A model generated the notes under the pieces. It did not search any database, was not told the DNA's origin, and saw only the letters and a program-made list of their open reading frames with translations. This document shows positions 49,161 through 62,147 of a stretch of 64,000 nt of DNA, piece after piece (the stretch's first letter is position 1; each line of letters begins with the position of its first letter). Position numbers and translations under genes: made by a program. The stretch is from Takakia lepidozioides. Its lineage: Eukaryota > Plantae > Bryophyta. The DNA is taken from positions 68,634,001-68,698,000 of the forward strand of contig CM060733.1 in the NCBI GenBank assembly GCA_030704615.1. The letters are read 5' to 3'.

Positions 49161-50797
49161 CGTAGGACCTTGATGGGGAGGCTGGGCTATAAAGAACAAC
49201 GGTTTTGAGCTAGCTGATCCGGCAGAAAAGTTGGAATTGCCTCCCTGTTGCATTTTTACAAAGGGAGACCAGCCTGCAGGTAATTCCTTTGGACAGAATG
49301 TTGTTGGGGCCTATATGTACCCTATTTGCTCCATTTTTTAACCTTCAGTGGATGGCGTGGTTTCCTGAGGTAGTTCCATTCTGAGGAATGGCTGGTAGAT
49401 GTAAGGAGGCACTGGCGGACCCTGTGGAGGCTTGCATGGGGCCTTGGAGGCCAAGTTTCATGAGCTCGTGGAGGGCGGTTTGAGGAGTGTCTACATGATG
49501 CTCTCATGGTCATGCAAGTGTGAGAAGAGAGGAAAAAGAGAGTGTTGGGATGAGGGCATGCTGGGGTTAGGCATTGCTTTAGCTTCTCTTCCTCATAGCT
49601 TTTCACCTTCTTTGTAGGCCGAGGCAAGAGTCAGTCCGGGTTTGGGCTGGGGTGTTCTTGTAGGAGCGACACTGTGGAGTTGTTTTTGGTGTGGGGGAGT
49701 TGTTGTTTTCATTCTTGTGTTTGGATCCCCTCCACACCTGCATGCTTGATTGTGCGCCATGTTAGCTTTATGTGGGCGCTTGATTTTATAGGTGGTTGAC
49801 TCGGGCTTGATCGCCGATCCAACCCTAGAGCATGTTGTCGATGGTGAGGCTGGGTTGATGACCAGTCAGACCATCTTTGTTTATCCTATGGTGAGGTTGG
49901 AGGTGATGACCAGCCAACCATGGGAGTGCCTGTGGTGGATGCAGGTGCAGGTGCAGGCTATGTTAGGAACCTAGTATTCCAAACCATAAGCCGCAATAGG
50001 TTCTCTACCCGGTTACATTGTGGAGAGGGGGTTAGAGACATGTTCATGACCGGTTGAGTGTCAGTTTGTCAATACAGAGGTACCACTAGTTGCAAGGGAA
50101 AGTGCCGGTACGAGCACTAGCGGTACTAGCGGGTACACGAGACGAGGTGTGAGGTTTAGGCCACCTTCACCTCCCGTGTCTTCTACGGAAGGTTCTGATT
50201 CAGATTGAGAATCAGGATGACTCACACCGACGGTGCAAGTTGTTTCCTTGCCATTGTTGTGGGACACAATGGAGGAGATGTACGGAGCTACCAAGGGGCC
50301 ACGAAGATACTCTGGGGCGGTGGGCACCATCGAGTTGGATGATTTCATTCAAGAGTTTGATAGTTGGTGTGACTTGCAGCAAATGCGCAATCCATAACTG
50401 TTTACGCCTTTCATGGCATGGAAGGGGCTGTTTCAGCACCTTAAGGGGCCACCCATGGATGATTACCATGAGTTTAGGCGGGGGCATGATGTTGAGATCG
50501 AGGAGTGGAGGATGTATTGGTTACCCGACTATGTCTCTGTCACTAGAGGCACAAGGGCAGCAACTGCACTAACAGCTGCATCGGCAGCTTCCACAAGCAG
50601 CAGCGGGACTAGTGGTACAGAGGCTACGACGTCCACCCAAGCTACTGCTGCACCAGCACCAGTGGCCGTGCCTGCCTTCAACCCTGTTGTGGAGTTCTTC
50701 GAAGAGTTGAGAAGGAACTACCAAGGGGTGAGGATAAAGAAGTTGAGGAGCTTGCAAGAGTTCCAGAGGAAGCCTACTGAGAGCTTGAGGGAGGCTT
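49161..50797 (+). mobile_element. Fragment of a related gypsy element: leader and gag N-half
   Basis: Homologous to 44590-45800 in the opposite orientation (MAWKGLFQHL.GPPMDDYHEFRRGH..ESLREA). Confidence 0.85.
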
Positions 50798-51337
50798 GAG
50801 GGAGGTCCACTCCCTGCTCCTGAGTATTTCCGTCCGGGCTCTTCCTTTCAAATAGAGTGGACTGAAATGCGGCATAGCCGGGTCCGTCCACTGTGACACT
50901 CCTCATTCTGGACCTATTTTTTCACGACTCCGTCGTTTGTATTGTCGATATCAACACAGCAGGATAGGCAAATGAATGGGGCATTCTATAGGAGGAACAT
51001 TTTTACGGGTGTTTCATGGGTACAGGCCGTGGTGGTCCTGTACTCTTATGTCCTCCATTTGGGAAGAATCGTGTTTTAAAGAGGAGAGATACTCCGACTT
51101 GTTCACATCCAGAATAAATAAAAGATTTTTGTGAAGTATGAATTCCTCCTGTGAATGGTCATGTCTTGAGTTTTTTTTAGGAGTCCATGTGGAAGTCATG
51201 TGTTTCTGAATGAGGTCTACAAGTTCTTCCGTCTTCTGTAATCAGACTTCTTACTGATTTCCATGTGATTTTATTTATTTATTTTATTTTTATTGTTTCA
51301 CCATGTATTTCACCATTTCGAAAGGAACATCCCGGAC

Positions 51338-51520
51338 GGAAATGCGGTACCGCATTTCCGTTCTACCATGTCTTCGGTGTCTCAGTGGACGGAAATGCGG
51401 TGCTGCATTTCCGTCGGCTTTCTTCCAAAGGAAGATCCCGGACGGAAATGTGGTACCGCATTCCCGTTCCACCATGTCTTAGGTGTCACAGTGGACGGAA
51501 ATGGGGTGCCGCATTTCCGT
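51338..51520. repeat. Four GGAAATGCGGnnCCGCATTTCC palindromes with exact 53-bp period
   Basis: Starts at 51338, 51391, 51444 and 51497. Confidence 0.9.
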
Positions 51521-51536
51521 TCCACCATGTCTTGGA

Positions 51537-53560
51537 GCTGACTCCTCCCAAAAATCTAGGGTGAAGCCCATGGGGTACAACACTGCCCCACCAACCAGGA
51601 CATCGTACGAGACCGCGTCTGTCACAATGGCCTTGGCTCGTATCACTGAGCCATCTGTAGGATGATCCGGCTGTAGTCTGATAGCCAACTCACGCTGTGT
51701 CATGCCCCGAGCCTGCTCTGATCCTCCCAGAGAAGTCTGTATCTGGAAATGACAAGGCTCCATGTCCGCCTCTGTGAGGCCCAAGCCCACAATAGCAGCT
51801 CTGCCCAGCATCAGTGGCTGAGCTTTTGAGTCCAACAAGACCCGCAATGGCCGGTACCTCTTGCCTACCGGTCCACTCAAATAGAAAATGTCATCATGGT
51901 TGTCTAACATGACAACTCCAGGTGTCACCATGGCGTGCTCAATGGTTGGCCTAGCTGGCAGCTGCAGCTTGCCATGGCGCCGCCGTGGCAGTCTTGACCC
52001 TCACGTCCGAGGATCCCTCTGCCACTACACCTTCCACTATCTCTGCAGAAGATGAAGTGACTTCCCCACTCTCACAGAGTGTAGCTGCCAGCCTAAACAC
52101 TGCGGCTGGTCTTACCCCCGGCGTCGCAATCATGGTAGCCGAGAACAATGGAGCATGACACACAGATATGGCCGCCCCCAGCAGCACACTAGCTGCCGTA
52201 GCCTTGGCAGCACTAAGTAGTGGTGCTGCCCGTGTAGCTCTCCCCAACAGTCGGGCGAGAACTGGGTGCCATGGATGGCATCGACACTGTCTCCGCCAAT
52301 GTGAATGACTGAGGAAGCCTGTCCTAACGGCTTGCCTCCCCACGCTGTGGATCCAACTCCACCTCTGCACCTCGTGGCTCAGGAACTCGTGCTGCTCCTT
52401 AAGTCACTGCTGCAGCCGACTCCACTTGCACTAGTGGTAGTGGTGCCCCACCCATAGTGGTAGTGGTAGTGGCACCCCTCACTAGTGGTAGTGCTGCCCC
52501 ACACATAAATCTCATGCCTCCCATGTCTCCTCCCTTAGGAGCAGGAGGGGGACCCTCATGCCTGGGAGCTGGTACCACCTGAGCTGTGGCTATGGCAGCA
52601 AGCCTCTGCTCTACCCTGCACATAGTGGTAGTGGTAGTGGTAGTGGTGCCCCACCCATAGTGGTAGTGGTAGTGGCACCCCTCACTAATGGTAGTGCTGC
52701 CCCGCACATGAATCCCATGCCTCCCATTTCTCCTCCCTCAGGAGCAGGGAATGGACCATCCGGCCTTGGGGCCGGTACCACCTGAACTGTGGCCATGGCA
52801 GCGAGCCTCTGCTCTAGCTGCTGAAGCCGGTTGGCCATGCCTTGGTCAACACCCTGACCTCCACGTCCCTGGCCATGTTGAGCTTGCCCTTGGCTTGCAC
52901 CTCGTGCCTGGCCACGTTGTCCTCTCTGGCCTGCTCCACCTTGCCCCCGGCCACCATTGTTCCCTTGGAACTAGCTTGGGCGCAACTCAGGATGCAAACC
53001 ATAGCACTGGGCCTCTCCATGCCCGTGCTTGCCACAATGCCCACAGTGCAACTGTGCAGGCTGTGCCTGTGCCAACCCATTGCCTCCCTTTGGGCAATCC
53101 TTCTTGACATGGGGTCCTCCACATGTCCAACACACCACATCCGCCCGTTGTAGGCCTGCAAATGAAGAGAGAGACCCCTGCATCTGAGGTCCTCTCTGTC
53201 CTTCCCTGGGCTTCACCTGAGCCCCATTGTTGCCTTGATCACGTTGGGGTAGTGGCTGGCTAGGAGCACCACTACCCCGTGGTGTCTCCTTAACAAATCC
53301 CACCATGACCACTCGTTCCTCCACCATGTTGAGCTCTATCCGCTCTGCCAGCAAAAACACATTTGCTAAGGTGGGTTGGGCTACTTGTAGGAGAGTTGCA
53401 TCCCGCACCCTTCTCCTCAGCTCCTTGTCCAATATCCCATACCAGAATTGGACTGCCTGAGCTTCCGTAACCCTTTGGGTTACATTTCTCAAGCGCCTCA
53501 TGCGAGTGAAAGCCTCCCTCAAGCTCTCAGTAGGCTTCCTCTGGAACTCTTGCAAGCTCC
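51537..53560 (-). mobile_element. Inverted continuation of the related gypsy: gag C-half, zinc knuckles, protease; internal tandem duplication ~52420-52815
   Basis: Homologous to 42816-44640; protease motif altered to LDSKA; ends before the DNMT domain. Confidence 0.88.
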
Positions 53561-54219
53561 GCCCACAAGGTTAAAGATCATCCCAAACATCATTGGACTA
53601 CGCTCAAATTCAAAAGCACCTCACAGATCTATTGACTTTCAAGACCCGGAGGCCAGTATTGGAATAGCACTGAATCTAATCATTGCAAGTATCTGCCTTC
53701 GACTGCGATCCTTCCCGTCTCTAATGCTCCGTGGTTGCACCCAGCTAACATCTTCAAGAGCGCCCCAGGCCACATGTGTTACCCCGCTCATATTCTGCAA
53801 TGGAGACGAGCCCCGCATTCTTATAACTTCCCTAGTCAGGGAGGGGATGGAATCCCTGTGGATTACAACTACGGACATCAGGAAATTTGTGATAAAGGAG
53901 CCAATTGATGATAGCCCTATCCCAACGCTAAGAAGAAAGATCGAGGACTACTTCCAAGTGGGGGGATGCCTCCGCGTGAGCCTGGCCGCGTGAGCGCGGC
54001 CAAGCTCACGCCACGTCACCGGTTCTCACCACATTGGCTCAAGGGTCCGACGCCACGTCAGCAGTCTTCGCCAACGTGGTTGACGCCACGTCACGCCTCG
54101 CCATGTCATTTCCATGGGCGTACCTACGACCACGGACAGAACAGGGAGAAAGAGACAGGGAGAAAGAGGCCTATAGCCGCGGAATTGGTAGCCGTAGACT
54201 GTTATTTTTTTTATTTTTT

Positions 54220-55480
54220 TTGCATTTGACATTCGGCATTTGGGTGGATGTGATAATTGGTGCCGATCATTACTTCTAGGTTTTTTTTTATTTTTTATTT
54301 TTTATTTTTTACTTTTGATATTTGGCATTTGGGTGGATGTGATGATCAGTGCCGGCCATCACTTCTGTCGGTGCCGCCGATCTTTTTTTTTAAATTTAAT
54401 TTTTTATTTAAAAATACTTTTCTTTCATTCAGCATTTGGGTGTCGACCATCACATCTGTCGGTGCCGCCGATCATCACTCTCCGTTTTTTATTTTTTTGG
54501 ACATTCGGCATTTGGGTGGATGTGATGGTCAGCACCGACCATCACTTCTGTCGGTGCCGCTGATCATCACTTTCTGTTATATATAAATATAAATACAATA
54601 AATTTAAATATAAATATAAATTGGCTTTTTGACATTCGGCATTTGGGCGGATGCGATGGTCGGTGCCGACCATCACTCGCCAGTGCCGTCGATCATATGG
54701 GCATTCGACATTTGGGTGGATGCGATGGTCGGTGCCGACAATCACTTCTGTCGATGCCGCCGATCATCACTTTTTCTTTTTTTTCTTTTTTTTCTTTTTT
54801 TGACATTCGGCATTTGGGTGGATGTGATGATCGGTGCCGACCATCACTTCAGTTACCGATCACCACTCTCCGTGTTTTTTTTTTTTTTTTTTTTTTTGGC
54901 TTTTGTCATTCGGCATTTGGGTGGATGTGATGGTCGGTGTCGACCATCACTTCTGTCAGTGCCGCCGATCTTTTTTTTTGGCTTTTGACATTCGGCATTA
55001 GGGCGGATGCGGTGGTCGGTGCCGACCATCACTTCTGTCAATATCGCCGATCATCACTTTTTTACTTTTTTTTTTTGTTTTTTTGGCTTTTGACATTCGG
55101 CATTTGGGTGGATGTGATGGTCGGTGCCGACCATCACTTTTGTCAGTGCCGTCGATCTTTTTTTTTTTGGCTTTTGACATTCGGCATTAGGACGGATGCG
55201 ATGGTCGGTGCCGACCATCACTTCTGTCAATCTCGCCGATCATCACTTTCTGTTATTTTTTATTTTATTTTTATTTTTTGGCTTTTGACATTTGGCATTT
55301 GGGTAGATGTGATGGTCGGTGCCGTCAATCACTTCTGTCGGTGCCACCGATCATCACTTTCCGATCTATTTATTTATTTTTAAATAAATTTAAGGTGGCT
55401 TTTGATATTTTGGCATTGGGGTGGATGCGATGGTCAGTGCCGACCATTACTTCTGTCGGTGCCGCCGATCATCACTTCTG
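54220..55480. repeat. Tandem array (~13 units, mostly ~85-130 bp) containing palindrome GTGATGGTCGGTGCCGACCATCAC and poly-T spacers
   Basis: TTGACATTCGGCATTTGGGTGGATG recurs throughout. Confidence 0.9.
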
Positions 55481-55789
55481 TTTTTTTTTTTTTTTTTTTT
55501 GTTTTTGTTGTATGCCCAGGGAACGCCACTTGTTTCTAGAATTCCACATCTTGAAGGGGATGAGAGATTCGGCTCCTGTAAGAGGAAATTGAACACCCCA
55601 CCTGGCTCGGATTCTGATTCGCACAGGGCAGACCGTGATAACTTCTCGAAGCCTCATGTTCCCCTCCATAACAAATCGATGTCCGGAACCTCCGACACGA
55701 CGGCAGACTCCAACATCAAACAGTGCCACTGAAATGATGCAGGAGAGAAACTACCCCCTTGATGTGCTGGAGTCCACATGCCCCGACCA

Positions 55790-56528
55790 CGTTTGACACA
55801 TAGAACGCACAAGTGCAGGGTCTCGTGTGAAATGTACATCGATCAGGGCAACTAATTTTGAAAAGTGCACTTCATCTATATTCAGAGGTGGTGCCCGGAC
55901 TCATACTCCGACTTTCACGGGTGTGATGTGTCCATATGGCCAACCAGAAGCAAAAAACCACAAGTTCTGGTTCTGCGCAGACGATTGTAGTAGATGTGTG
56001 CATGGAACTATGCGTTCTTCCGTGGTGATGAAGCCAGCTTTTCCAACCGTTTGGCCCGTCAAGGTGGGAACACATCTCACGAGTTAGGAGATTGCAATGC
56101 TGGAGGAAGCAGATTTTTCCCTTGCGAGACAACCCCAACTGCATGCATGTGCTTTTACTTCTGCATCCTCTCGGGTCCCTCCGGCAAATCCTCACTTGTG
56201 GCCAACCAAACGAGATGGAAAACTGGTTCGGCATTTCCCTCCAACCGCTGAACACTTCGGCAAAGTGGAGTCCGCAAGAATGCTCCAAGCTCGTGTTGCA
56301 AGCACCACGGAAGTGCCCGATTTCCCCAATTGCACATGTCCTGATTTTGTGAATATGCTATCAACCAGTTTGGGCAAGAGAGGTAAATTCATACCCTACA
56401 AACATTTGTATTTCATATTTTTGAAGATGATGGTTTGCGATCCCAAATGTGATAACTTCGTTCACCAGGCCACTCTGAGTTTCAATGAGGTCGATACTCT
56501 ATTGCAGCGGGATACAACACATAGGTAG
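55790..56528 (+). pseudogene. 3' fragment of a related MULE/SWIM transposase
   Basis: PTFTG...FWFC..D..RCV.G...P.VWPV..GT.L and PNCTCPDF...YKHLYFIF are paralogous to 28000-28719. Confidence 0.75.
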
Positions 56529-58481
56529 CATCTGCTATGCAATGTGGTATGTGGACAACCATGCTATGAAATGTGCAATTTGCAACATTGTCATGGAAAT
56601 TCAATTCAAATCAATTCGTTTGCAACATCGTCGGCGGTGCAATGATATGGCGTCCCTTATCCCTCCATTATGCTTCCAACTATACTGAGTGAGCTCTGAG
56701 TGGCAACTTTTAAAAGCACATGCATCATTGCACCTTTCGAAGGCTACATGTTTTCCTGTCGCTATGCACTGCAATCATCTTTTGAAGATGATCCTAACTC
56801 TCATTGTTATTTGGGGAGGGAGCAAGGTCTTCCCGTGGCAGCCTCTGTGGCGCATACTTTGTGAGGATATTTTCTCGTCCTTGTAATTGTAAAAGTGAAA
56901 CAAACATTTGTAATTGCACAATGTTGGATGCTACAATTGTAGGCCCTATGGTAGTCTTCATTGTATTCAGCCAAGGATTCCCTGCATTAATCCCACGGTC
57001 ACAGGACCATCCTCGGTTATAGGCGGCGCATGTTCATGCTGACGTGGCAGATGATGGCGCAGTGCCACATCAGCATTTGTCGCCATATCAGCCTGCTGAC
57101 ATCATGCTCACGCAGTTATACCGTATTACTCGCACTTGCTTCAGCCTATGCAGCGCTGCTGCCGTACCTTGTGCGCCGGGCAAGTCACTCGACCCTAGCC
57201 GGCTCTAGCCTGCTGGTCCAGCAGCCGCAACTCACTCAATGGGCCCCACCACCGTATGTCGCACTCTACGCTCGCGTTTGAGCACCAAGTTACTGGCCCC
57301 ACCACCCCACCACTCTAGCTCACACCACAGCCTAGCTCACCAAGTCACTGGCCCACCACACTCTTGGCACCACTCCTGCAGCGTCGTCCCTACCTTTCGA
57401 GGTTGTCATTGTGGAATGTTGTAGAGCGTGCCGCCTCGTCGCCCTTTTGGAAAGTTCTAGAGCCTTCCGACTCGTCATCCTTCTTGCTCTTTCTACGCTA
57501 CCCGCTACACGTGTGCTCAATATTCAGGCGTTCCAGCAGCCCAACTCGCCCTTTCCATTGGCCGGGCCATTCGCCTTCATCTTGTCGACCTTCAGGATCA
57601 ACCCCTCGCAAGATTTGGGACTCTTATTTATTTATTTATGTACATAATTATACGCGGTTTTCTCAAAGGGAGGTGGAGGGGTGGGGGTTTGGGTACGAGG
57701 GAAGTGGCGCAGCGGGACGGCCAAGAAGGGAAGTCCCGGGAGGGCGCCCGGCTGTGATGCACACAGTGCGACGAGATAGTGGAGGGACCGACATGGGCCA
57801 AGGATTTGACGCGGACCCCGTAGGACGGCCTACGCTCATGCCAGCGTCAAGTTGGCCGCGCTGTTTGCACGCTCGAAATAAACTCGTTGGCTGAGCGAGA
57901 TTGGGTGGGAATCTTGGCCTAAGATTGGAATCTTTTCTAGAACAGCTCTTTTGGTATTCCGCAGAAAAAGACCGGGGCAGTTCTCTCGAGGACGTGCGTT
58001 CCCGGAACAAGGTGCGACGACGGATAGATGTAGATAGTTGAGTTAGGGTAGGCTGGTCCGAGGTGGACACACGCACCGTTATGCGCAGTTAACTGACCAT
58101 TGGAGTTGGTTCCATACATCCGTCCTTTCGCCCTCCCCAGTTTCCTTCGTTTCCTTGTTCTCTCTCACCCTGCGCTTGTGCCTTGTGGCGGAAAAAGCTG
58201 TGGTCTGCAGTAAGTGGGATCGGGCAATCGGGGAGAGGGACTTGCTTGTTACATGTGATTACCGGTGGTGGAGGAGGAAGAGGAGGTACTTCGTATATGA
58301 GGGTGGATCGAGGGGAAGGGGGAAGTTTACATGTGTAGTCTGGCTGGCAGTGCGTGTGCGCGTTCAGCCTCCTGGCCATGTCCATGTCAGCCAGGGTTAG
58401 GGTTGTGGTGTTAGGGTTAGGAGTGCGGCCTGCTCAGGCAGCGCTGCGCTCATTGTCCGGAGTTGGTCAGTGAAGCATCAA

Positions 58482-59787
58482 ATGCCAAGCATGAATCATA
58501 TCCAGGACGCAGCTCTGTTGGAGGCTGCTGCGGCAGCAACATCAGGGGGCAGTGGAACGATGGAAAACTCCCTGGTGTCTGTGAGAGGGGAGAAGAGCGG
58601 CGTGGCACGGGGAGGTGAGAATGGGGACGAGCCCCGGGAGGGTGGCCAGGAGTCTGTGATAGTTGAGAAGAAAGGAGAGCATGCAGCTGTGTGCAAGTGG
58701 ACAATTGTACAGTTTGCCAAGGTTAAGGCGCGAGCACTATGGAGTCGCTACTTTGAGGTAGGGGGTTATGACTGCCGTCTGTTGGTGTATCCTCGGGGGG
58801 ACTCCCAGGCATTGCCAGGCTATCTCTCCATATATTTGCAGGTCACTGACCCCCGAGGCTCCTCATCCTCGAAGTGGGATTGCTTTGCAAGCTACCGCCT
58901 GTGTGTAGTGAACCAGCGCGACGAGACTAAATCGATCCAGCGAGACTCGTGGCACCGGTTCTCCGGTAAAAAGAAGTCACATGGATGGTGCGATTTTACA
59001 CCGTCAGCGACAGTGTTGGACATGAAAGGCGGATTTGTGGTGACCGAGGCGGTTCTGATTACGGCCGAGATTTTAGTATTAAACGAGTCTGTGTCATTTT
59101 CCAGGGATAATGAACTGCCAGTGACCGCGGGGCCTGTTCCAGAAGTGTTGAGTGGAAAGTTCACATGGAAAGTACATAATCTTTCACTTTTTAAGGAGAT
59201 GATCAAAACCCAGAAAATCATGAGCCCTGTGTTTCCTGCTGGGGAGTGTAATCTCAGACTGAGTGTCTACCAGTCATCTGTGAGTGGGGTTGACTACCTT
59301 TCCATGTGCTTGGAGAGCAAGGACACCGAGAAATCTAGCGTTCCCGAACGCAGCTGCTGGTGTTTGTTCCGCATGTCAGTACTTAACCAGCGTGCAGGTA
59401 TGAACCACATGCATCGGGATTCCTACGGCAGGTTTGCTGCTGATAACAAAAGCGGCGATAACACTAGCCTTGGCTGGAATGATTACATGAAGATGGCAGA
59501 CTTTGTGGCAGCGGAGATGGGATACCTAGTCGATGACACTGCTGTATTCAGTGCCTCATTTCATGTGATCAAGGAATCCAGCACGTTTTCAAAGAATCTG
59601 GGGCCAATAGGAGTGAGGGCGAGTGCAAAGAAAAGTGATGGTTACCAGGGCAAGTTTATGTGGCGCATCGAGAACTTCACTCGGCTGAAGGATCTGTTAA
59701 AGAAGCGGAAAATTACAGGGCTGTGCATCAAGAGTAGGAGGTTTCAAGTGGGTAATCGAGATTGCCGACTCATCGTCTATCCCCGAG
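58482..59787 (+). CDS. Multi-MATH (TRAF-like) domain protein, coding exon 1 (At2g25320-like); start uncertain (GTG 58470, ATG 58482 or ATG 58491)
   Basis: Tandem MATH domains (WSRYFEVGGYDCRLLVYPRGDSQALPGY; HGWCDF; LGWNDYMKM); donor YPR-G|GT at 59788. Confidence 0.93.
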
Positions 59788-61652
59788 GTAGGCTGGGGTT
59801 GAACCCTTTTGTTAACATGGCATTTTTAAGGTGTGAAATGGTAGTTGGTGTAGTGTTTTGGGGTCAATGCTAGCCACAATGCACTCGAACAGCTCATGGT
59901 CAACAAGGTTCATATATTGTGCAGTCTTCTACTTGTAACCTATTCAGGAATATGTTGTTACTTCTGTGTTCTGCCATACCCTGTCAAGCAATGCCTGAAA
60001 AATGGATTCAAACATTCAAAAGTTTGGATGACCTTTTGAGTTTCCTATCGTAGGAGAATCCTAATTTCGTGAGGATTTGTTTCACAGGAGATATATCAAC
60101 ATGTATATGCCCAAATTTAAAGGGGTTCCGTAGCTGGTTGGTATTAAGAGTCTTCAGTAGAAGATGGAGCTTTGGCTTCTATGAGTAAAGGTGGCCTTGC
60201 CAAGCTTTGGCAGCTGCTCCCGCTGGCGAATCACATGTGATGGCTGAACTTGCCAGTGTGTTCATACGTTGGAAAGTGGAGCTAACTGTAAGCCCCATGT
60301 GCAGCCGAAATCCATGTTTTGAAGTTGGGGAGCCCTGTAGGGTATGCACAAAGGGAACGTCCTGCCAGTCACTATGTGCAGGAATTGTGGTAGTAACTTT
60401 TGGGTGAAGGATTCAGTATACAGGCACTGCCTGGAAGCCAGTAGAGACAGATGAACCAATATCATGAGGTAGAGTTAGTGAAGTTTGGTAGGCCTTTTGA
60501 TTCATGTGAGGTGTGTTGATGGGCTGGAGCCCTTCACGGTAGCTGTGCCAGGGCCCAATTGGGAGATCTCATTGACTACGCACATTATTACACTCCGGCT
60601 TCAAATGTGTGTCTACAGTTCCCTTATTTTAGCGCTCTCTGGGTGTGCTGGTAGACTGGTCAAATGCCCCTGGATAACTTTGACAAGGTGAGACTATCCA
60701 ACCTTCATAAAAAGTATAATCTTGATAATATTTTCTGATAGCTGGGCTTATGCACATGTGTGCACAATCCTCTGTCACTAAACCCAAAGTCCTTAAGTTT
60801 TTGCAATTCGGAGACACTAGTGTGGCCTGTATTGGATAAGGTTCTGTCAGGAGGCCCTCTCACCATTCGGCTGTCTTTGGGCCTGTGGATGAGAAGTTGA
60901 CCCTGCACCTTCCCTCCAGATCCGGTTGGAAGTGCTAGCCACTTCAATAAGAAGTTAAGAGCCTGGGCTGCCTGGGTTTCACATATCTGTCATATGAGAT
61001 GCTGATTGTGATTGTCTGGTATTCTCATGGCTTATCTCACTGGCAAAATTCTAGAGTATAAATGACAATACTGTCAGATGATGTACACATGTTGTAAGAT
61101 GTAGTCTAATTTCAACAGCCTTGTGGCCTTAAGTCGGCCCCCAACTCTGGCAGTGCTGAGAAGTGGGACAACTCGGCATGATGGAGTCACAATCCAGGCC
61201 GACGAGACAGGTCCTGTACTTCCAGATCGGCAGTATATGTCCTGAGAAAAGTCAGAAAGTAACCTATCAAGAAATTGCCTTCCACAATTTTTATTTTGCT
61301 CTCCCACAAACAGTTTTCACAGTTTAGGCTACTCCCATTGTGCATTCTCTTCTGCTGGCTACTAAGATAAAGTTGTCTCTTACTTTCATATCTGTAAACA
61401 GCATTTCAATGTTGGGAGTTTCTGGATCTATGGTTTTTCCAGAGGCATTGCATTTCTTGTAGCCTTCCTGGGTTCTTGCTGCCTTGTTATCCTCCATAAA
61501 ACCTTCCTGGTTTGAACCTGTCACTCAAAGGCTATACAATTAAGAGAAGTTATTGACGTCCGTGGTGCAAGTTAGGAGCAAGCAATGGTCTACACACAGG
61601 TTTAAGGTTGTGTTTTGACCTATTTGTTGATTTGTGTGGTCAACTGTATCAG

Positions 61653-62147
61653 GGCAGTCACAACCGCCTTGCCACCTCTCAATGTTTCTGGAAGTGACAG
61701 ATCCCCGCAACACATCTGCAGACTGGAGCTGCTTTGTAAGTCACCGTCTGTCAGTTGTGAATCAACGGACTGAGGAACGCTCTGTTACCAAAGAATCTCA
61801 AAATCGGTACTCGAAGGCTGCAAAGGACTGGGGGTGGCGTGAATTTGTCACGCTAACCAGTCTTTTTGACCAAGACTCAGGGTTTCTGGTTCAAGACGTG
61901 GTGGTCTTTTCTGCCGAGGTGCTGATCTTGAAGGAGACATCAACAATGCTGGAGCTTCCTGAAAATGAAGGGGAGGCCCCGTCTACACCTGGTCCAGCAT
62001 CCGGGGGGGGTAGTGAGACGGGCAAGATCGTCAACCGTGGCACGTTCACATGGCGAGTTGAAAATTTTTTGGCATTCAAGGAAATCATGGAGACACGCAA
62101 GATCTTCAGCAAGTTCTTCCAGGCTGGTGGCTGTGAACTTCGCATCG
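61653..62147 (+). CDS. MATH/TRAF-like protein, exon 2
   Basis: AG|GG CAG TCA gives GQSQPPCHLSMFLEV...DWGWREFV...GGCELRI-G|GT; phase consistent with exon 1. Confidence 0.93.

Noticed and set aside
37311-49165. Target-site duplication for the LTR element
   Set aside because: The flanks (AATAA or TCGTG on the left, CGTAG on the right) do not match.
54220-55480. Possible CRISPR or repeat-protein ORFs
   Set aside because: The whole unit is repeated with poly-T spacers; the ORFs are by-products of the tandem repeat.
58393-58421. Telomeric repeats (also 32468-32483)
   Set aside because: Only two or three units; at most telo-box-like motifs, not a telomere.
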